Origin: a virus
Lineage: Duplodnaviria > Heunggongvirae > Uroviricota > Caudoviricetes
Length of the DNA: 64,000 bases
Strand: one strand, 5' to 3'
Virus record (IMG/VR): IMGVR_UViG_3300029288_000059
Location: 161,237 to 225,236 of that record
The position numbers and the translations under genes are program-made. The notes under the pieces are model-generated. The model had not been told where the DNA came from, searched no databases, and saw nothing but the letters and a program-made list of their open reading frames with translations. Of the stretch, positions 59,381 through 64,000 are shown piece by piece. Each line of letters opens with the position of its first letter. Position 1 is the stretch's first letter.

Positions 59381-60772
59381 TTATTTTTTAGCTTTATTGA
59401 GAATCTTAGATAACATATCATTACGTTCTTTAACTTCATCCTCAATCTCAGAATTGGAAATACTAGGTGGTTCTATTATGTTTTTGGGTTTTGCCTGTGT
59501 TGTTCTTTTATTTTTAAGCCTATCTTCCCAATCAACCAAATCAGTTATACGCAATGTTTGTGGATTATAACACATTGTAATTTTAACATTTCTACTTCCA
59601 CTATTACGAGTCTTAAGAATAGTTAATTCTAATTCACCTCTATCGTCCATAGATAACGAATGATATAATGATATTAGATTATCACAAGTATGTGTTTTGG
59701 TTGCACCACCTGCTACTTTTGATAATGAAAATGATGATTCATCAACCCCATCCTTAGTAATTTGAGAGGCTGTAAAAATAGATGTTCGTTTTCCCGCTTC
59801 TGTCCTTGTAGCGGCAATACTTCTTAATTCTTCGGCAACGAGTTTATCTCTAATAGAAACATTTTCTAAACTAATATTTTTATCATTAGGTCTCATTAAA
59901 TCAGCATAGTCAACAATTATAATTTCAGGATGAGTATTGAATTGTATTTCATATTCTTGCAAGTAAGATTCAATTGTATTAGATGTCGTTTGTCCAGGCA
60001 AGTATTTAATTTGTATATGTTTAGTTTTACCTGTCTTACTAATCATTGCTAATTTAGTAGCAATTTGTTCCATAGATTTTTTATGGTCTGCTAATGTGAC
60101 ATCAGTCCATAGTGCATCAAAACGTTTAGCAACTAAATCTTGCGATAATTCATGTGTGATATATAATACGTCTAATCCTTCGTTAGCCCAATTAACGGCT
60201 AAGTTTTGTAATCCAACGGATTTACCACCACCCGTTGGTGCAACGAAGTAGTTCAATTCACCCCACATAAATCCACCACCTAAAATCTTATCTAATGTTT
60301 TCCAACCACTAGGCAATGATGCTAACGAGTTATTTGTACGTTCTAACCGTGTTAAGGGGTCTTCAAAGTAATTTAATCCTAAATCCCGTTGTAAAGAAGT
60401 TAATACAGCTTCTTTCATTAACTTTTCAATACCATCAGTTTGATTATTATTAATCCGTTTAGCACATTCTAATACGGCAGATGTACACGCTTTATGACGA
60501 CAAAATGATTCAATATAATCTAATGCAGCTACACGATGTCCACTATTGAACTCACCCAATCTTTCTATCTTAATACCCGTTTCTGCATATATTTGTTCAA
60601 CTGTTGGTAATACCGAATATTTTTCGGCATGAGCTAACATTAAGTTAATGCTTGTTTGTAACATTGGTTCGAAGTATGAAGATTTTAATATAGGTCGTGT
60701 ACGAGTGAATAATGATGCATCAGTTAACATCATTTGAATAATTAATAATTGCTCGTCCTTATTATAACTCAT
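59381..60772 (-). CDS. dnaB: replicative DNA helicase (gp41/DnaB-like)
   Basis: APTGGGKS, YITHEL, IVDYADLM, TASQ, KTRNS. Confidence 0.92.
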   Translation of the reverse strand: MSYNKDEQLLIIQMMLTDASLFTRTRPILKSSYFEPMLQTSINLMLAHAEKYSVLPTVEQIYAETGIKIERLGEFNSGHRVAALDYIESFCRHKACTSAVLECAKRINNNQTDGIEKLMKEAVLTSLQRDLGLNYFEDPLTRLERTNNSLASLPSGWKTLDKILGGGFMWGELNYFVAPTGGGKSVGLQNLAVNWANEGLDVLYITHELSQDLVAKRFDALWTDVTLADHKKSMEQIATKLAMISKTGKTKHIQIKYLPGQTTSNTIESYLQEYEIQFNTHPEIIIVDYADLMRPNDKNISLENVSIRDKLVAEELRSIAATRTEAGKRTSIFTASQITKDGVDESSFSLSKVAGGATKTHTCDNLISLYHSLSMDDRGELELTILKTRNSGSRNVKITMCYNPQTLRITDLVDWEDRLKNKRTTQAKPKNIIEPPSISNSEIEDEVKERNDMLSKILNKAKK

Positions 60773-60774
60773 TA

Positions 60775-61794
60775 TTAAACCCCAAACCAATCCATTGCAC
60801 GAATCTTAATTTCAATATCAGTATCTACTGTTGAATTTAAAATGTTAGACACGGTAAATAATCTTCCATATTTATGGGTAGCATCTTCAGCATCTTTTAT
60901 CTTTCTATCCCATGTTGGAAACGATACACTCCAACCATTTTGTATTGCTTGTTGTAATATGAACTTTCCATCTTTATCCCTATCAGGTAAAACAATAATC
61001 TTTTTACTTTTGGCAACTTCCTTAACCCATAATAGTTGCCGTTCATTTAATATACTCGTCATAATCCCACAACCGTCGATGGCTATGGCATCTAATGTAC
61101 CTTCAACTAAAATAACATACTTCCTATGTGGATTATCTAAATTATCAGCATTAAAAATAAACCCTTGTGGCGTGTTATTAATGTACCGAGGAGTGCTGTT
61201 ATTTGGTGGAGTACCAATATACCGAGCCGAGTAACCATACGTCCACTGCCTGTATTTTGCGGGCATTAAGATGTAATTCTCCATCTCATGTGTCCAATAG
61301 AATTCATAACTATCTAATAAGAATTTACTTCTTACATTATATAGGTACATCGCCGCATCTATTGCCCTACTAGGGGGGTTCTCTGATAGTAGTACTTGTT
61401 TTAATGGTAATGCAGTTGAAGGGAACGTCTTACCCTTCAAATCGTCTTTAAAGGTAGATAACGTAATCCCTTCCTTCTTTAATGTTTCAATAGAAGTTAA
61501 TGCATATAAATAACACTCTTTTAATTGTTCAGTAGTGACATTCATATACTTTAAGAATTGTTCAAGTTTCTTAGTTATACTTCTGCCGGGTGACCAACTA
61601 ACTTTATGCTTACAATTAAAACAATGATATGCAAATCCACCTTCAGTGGTAAACATTAACGCACCACGTCTTCTTACATCAGGACGTGATTGGCCATTAA
61701 AATGACAACAAGGACAATTAAACAAATACCAGTTGTTTTGGTAGTGATATCCACAAGGTATATTATCAAATAATACTTGTTGTATTACATTCAT
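60775..61794 (-). CDS. dnaG: DNA primase (gp61-like)
   Basis: CPCC..D.R.RG..YHCFNC Zn domain; TOPRIM LVEG.LDA; PD.DKDG; KD. Confidence 0.9.
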   Translation of the reverse strand: MNVIQQVLFDNIPCGYHYQNNWYLFNCPCCHFNGQSRPDVRRRGALMFTTEGGFAYHCFNCKHKVSWSPGRSITKKLEQFLKYMNVTTEQLKECYLYALTSIETLKKEGITLSTFKDDLKGKTFPSTALPLKQVLLSENPPSRAIDAAMYLYNVRSKFLLDSYEFYWTHEMENYILMPAKYRQWTYGYSARYIGTPPNNSTPRYINNTPQGFIFNADNLDNPHRKYVILVEGTLDAIAIDGCGIMTSILNERQLLWVKEVAKSKKIIVLPDRDKDGKFILQQAIQNGWSVSFPTWDRKIKDAEDATHKYGRLFTVSNILNSTVDTDIEIKIRAMDWFGV

Positions 61795-61800
61795 TCTATG

Positions 61801-62076
61801 TTACTCAACCACAATGCTTTCTTGCTCTTTTATCTGTTCGCGTGTGAGCCACATATATTCAATCGGTTTATTAATAATGAATGAACCATCCGTTTCATTG
61901 TAAAATTCTAACTTTAGATTATAGTGGTCGAAGTTGAAATCAACATAAAAACTATTTGTAGGGTGTTGAATTAAATCAATAAATTCATTAACTCGTTCAC
62001 CGATTACATATTCTAAATTACGAATTGCTTCTTGATGTTCGAACCGTTCATCCATTAATGCCTTATAATCAACCAT
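61801..62076 (-). CDS. hypothetical protein
   Basis: ORF with AGGA SD and upstream promoter. Confidence 0.5.
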   Translation of the reverse strand: MVDYKALMDERFEHQEAIRNLEYVIGERVNEFIDLIQHPTNSFYVDFNFDHYNLKLEFYNETDGSFIINKPIEYMWLTREQIKEQESIVVE

Positions 62077-62166
62077 CGTATATGTCCTTATTAATGTTTA
62101 AGTCAAAAACAATACTACATGATGAAATAGTAATTATCAAAATGATTATTTGTATTAAGGCAATAA

Positions 62167-62200
62167 AAAACAGGTTGACTGTTTGGAATCAACCTGTTTT
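62167..62200 (-). terminator. terminator ending the RNA cluster
   Basis: AAAACAGGTTGA/TCAACCTGTTTT. Confidence 0.78.
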
Positions 62201-62319
62201 AAATTATTAATACCCAAGTATTGTATTAGGAAAACATGAACGAAAACCGTTATACAATTTTGGTAGTTGGAAAGGTTAAGAACTACCATCCTCGAAGGAC
62301 TACGAACTCGGGCTAACTT

Positions 62320-62406
62320 TGGTGTACTCGGCAGGGCTCGAACCTACATCCTGCTGTCCAATAAAGGATACTTCTGACATAATTAAGACTATACGTGTTC
62401 ACACCA
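62320..62406 (-). ncRNA. degenerate tRNA-like element
   Basis: T-arm GTAGG-TTCGAGC-CCTGC and 3' ACCA, but no canonical D or anticodon arms. Confidence 0.4.
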
Positions 62407-62431
62407 CGCCGTTATACAAAAGGTTTAATAA

Positions 62432-62519
62432 TGGCGGAGAAAGTAGGATTTGAACCCACGGAAGATTTCCCTTCGCCAGTTTTCAAAACTGGTGTCATAA
62501 ACCACTCGACCATTTCTCC
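62432..62519 (-). tRNA. tRNA-Ser(TGA)
   Basis: GGAGAAA/TTTCTCC acceptor, CCAGT-TTTGAAA-ACTGG anticodon arm, long variable arm, GTGGG-TTCAAAT-CCTAC, encoded CCA. Confidence 0.95.
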
Positions 62520-62599
62520 GTATTCTTCTTAATTAAGGAATTAATATCAATGCACCGTACGTTACAATGAAATATAATAATATGCCTACTATTATATTT

Positions 62600-62671
62600 T
62601 ATGAACATTGGGTCTCGAACCCAACCCGCCTCCTCGAAGGGAAGCCTTCTTGCCCACTAAAATATATTCAT
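62600..62671 (-). ncRNA. 72-nt tRNA-like element with aberrant anticodon arm, inside a 24-bp inverted repeat
   Basis: Acceptor ATGAATA/TGTTCAT, D stem TTTT/AAGA, T arm TTGGG-TTCGAGA-CCCAA; anticodon arm has a 6-nt CTTCGA loop. Confidence 0.55.
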
Positions 62672-62694
62672 AAATTAATTCCTTAATTAAGAAG

Positions 62695-62929
62695 AATTGT
62701 AAGTCTATGTTTGAGGATTCAAGACCTCTCGAAGTTTCCACACATTAAAATTAATTCATTGGATTTTAATGTGCCTGTGTCCAACCACCACAGCGGACGT
62801 ATATTGAATATTTCCTATACGTTGGGGATTCGAACCCCTTGGGATATAGAGTTCATTATAAACTCAACCTTCATATACCTTTCGAGTATACCCTTGTTCA
62901 CCACCAAAGTTGAACATAAACTTACAATT
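62695..62929 (-). ncRNA. hairpin-enclosed structured RNA with a T-arm-like element
   Basis: About 17-bp flanking stem with a G-U pair on -; GGGG-TTCGAAT-CCCC; TATAC/GTATA and GAGTT/AACTC hairpins. Confidence 0.45.
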
Positions 62930-63005
62930 ATTGAATGTTCGACTTATCGTTTCATCAACGTGCGAACACAATTTTCGTTACATATTTACAGTTTCAAACA
63001 ACGTA

Positions 63006-63092
63006 TTTTATTAAACTATGTTCGCTTGACGTCCAGTTAATCATAGGAACCTCCTACTATACAAAGTCCGGAACGAACATAGTTTAATAAAA
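63006..63092. repeat. 19-bp perfect inverted repeat
   Basis: TTTTATTAAACTATGTTCG / CGAACATAGTTTAATAAAA. Confidence 0.85.
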
Positions 63093-63211
63093 CTTTACTT
63101 TTAAAACAACTTACAAACTTGTTTAACCTTGTTTGTATTTATAACATTAATACAATTTAAAACGTTTGTCAATAGGTTATTTACAAATATTTTAAATTAT
63201 TTTAAAAAGTT

Positions 63212-63268
63212 GTGAGTGACTATGTTTGTAGAATTTTAAGACTAATATAAAATTACATAGTCACTCAC
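63212..63268. repeat. 14-bp perfect inverted repeat
   Basis: GTGAGTGACTATGT / ACATAGTCACTCAC. Confidence 0.85.
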
Positions 63269-63402
63269 TTCTTTTAGCTTACATTTATATAATTTATTAG
63301 GAGATTATGAATTTAGATGACAAGTCTAAACCCATAAATAAACAAGTTTCCTTGTCTATAAATTAACATTAGTACAAATTAAGACATCTGTCAATAGGAT
63401 TT

Positions 63403-63840
63403 TTAAATTATTTTAACATTTTCAAATTCAAACGTTAATGTGTGTTCTACTAAATCCATCTTTGTATAATCATAATTACAAGTATGTCCTATTAATTCAC
63501 TATCACCGAATAACACGGATTTCAAGATTTTACCTTTTGAATTTAAACAATTCAATTTTACGTCCAACAACTTAGTGAATGCACTAATACACCCAACTAC
63601 TTCGAAATTACAAGTTTCACGTAAAACAATAGTAATCGTTTTGTTAAACATATCATATGAGAAACATCTCATATTACTCACTATTGCGCCATTTGGGTCG
63701 ATATCAGTACCACCTTCATATGTGGATACATGAGTAAATCTTTGTAATGATGTTTGTCCCGTAAACAATTCAATATCAAAATGGTGAGTTAATTGAGTAG
63801 CAACGAATTTTGTTTTAGCTTCTTCTTTTGTCATTGTCAT
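63403..63840 (-). CDS. tail-tube (gp19)-like fold protein, divergent
   Basis: TITIVLRE ... KVKLN.LN..G ... YDYT....VEHTLTFEFE resembles the gp19 pattern; TAAATA late-like motif upstream. Confidence 0.45.
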   Translation of the reverse strand: MTMTKEEAKTKFVATQLTHHFDIELFTGQTSLQRFTHVSTYEGGTDIDPNGAIVSNMRCFSYDMFNKTITIVLRETCNFEVVGCISAFTKLLDVKLNCLNSKGKILKSVLFGDSELIGHTCNYDYTKMDLVEHTLTFEFENVKII

Positions 63841-64000
63841 ATCATCACCTTAGTTAATTTGTTAATAACTAGTTTATTTATTAAAGTGATAATTCACTAA
63901 ATTTACCATATATAATATGTTTTACAGGGTCATTTGAATGTTTAGATATATGACATAGATGTTGTAACCCAGTAATATTTAACAATATTAACTCATATCC

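Noticed and set aside
62320-62406. tmRNA 3' end or selenocysteine tRNA
   Set aside because: No GGGG..TCGAC 5' partner, no tag ORF, and no TCA anticodon or consistent acceptor stem
3396-63040. Numerous antisense or alternate-frame ORFs in the supplied track (e.g. 3396, 6914, 10738, 14338, 15256, 25420, 33072, 43623, 50296, 50699, 60842, 62711)
   Set aside because: They lie wholly within well-supported genes or RNA elements, lack SD sequences and have shadow-ORF composition
63307-63366. 19-codon + strand ORF with GGAG SD (MNLDDKSKP...)
   Set aside because: Too short to support, antisense to the surrounding transcription unit and overlapping an imperfect hairpin
1-64000. Stop-codon reassignment, as seen in some jumbo phages
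   Set aside because: Core genes are full length in the standard code and end in TAA, TAG or TGA; in-frame stops are limited to apparent remnants

Overview
This is a 64-kb, AT-rich segment (roughly 30% GC, estimated by eye) of a large T4-like, jumbo-type myophage genome. Genes run on + up to about 21.6 kb and mostly on - after that. The replication, recombination and nucleotide core comprises RNase H, dNMP kinase, UvsW, DNA ligase, NrdD/NrdG, dUTPase, UvsX, gp32-like SSB, DnaB helicase, primase and a gp4-like head-completion nuclease. Accessory functions include a dispersed 7-deazaguanine pathway: FolE, a PRTase, QueE, a stand-alone Gat, a mini QueF-like protein, QueC and a degenerate QueD-like protein, with no DpdA/TGT visible in the window. 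Also present are a solo TnpB, an endonuclease-methyltransferase fusion, a radical-SAM operon with 'MKIRTGFVSNSSSSSF' proteins, a MoxR/vWA pair, ClpA plus DnaJ, and tRNA-maintenance enzymes (Thg1, PTH2, a 2H phosphoesterase, a CYTH protein). There is a family of about nine beta-solenoid-like paralogs. Non-coding features are tRNA-Ser(TGA), a 1.1-kb array of long hairpins enclosing tRNA-like modules, and two copies of an apparently unnamed structured RNA motif (11682-11789 and 14164-14260). All calls come from manual motif reading; no database searches were run.
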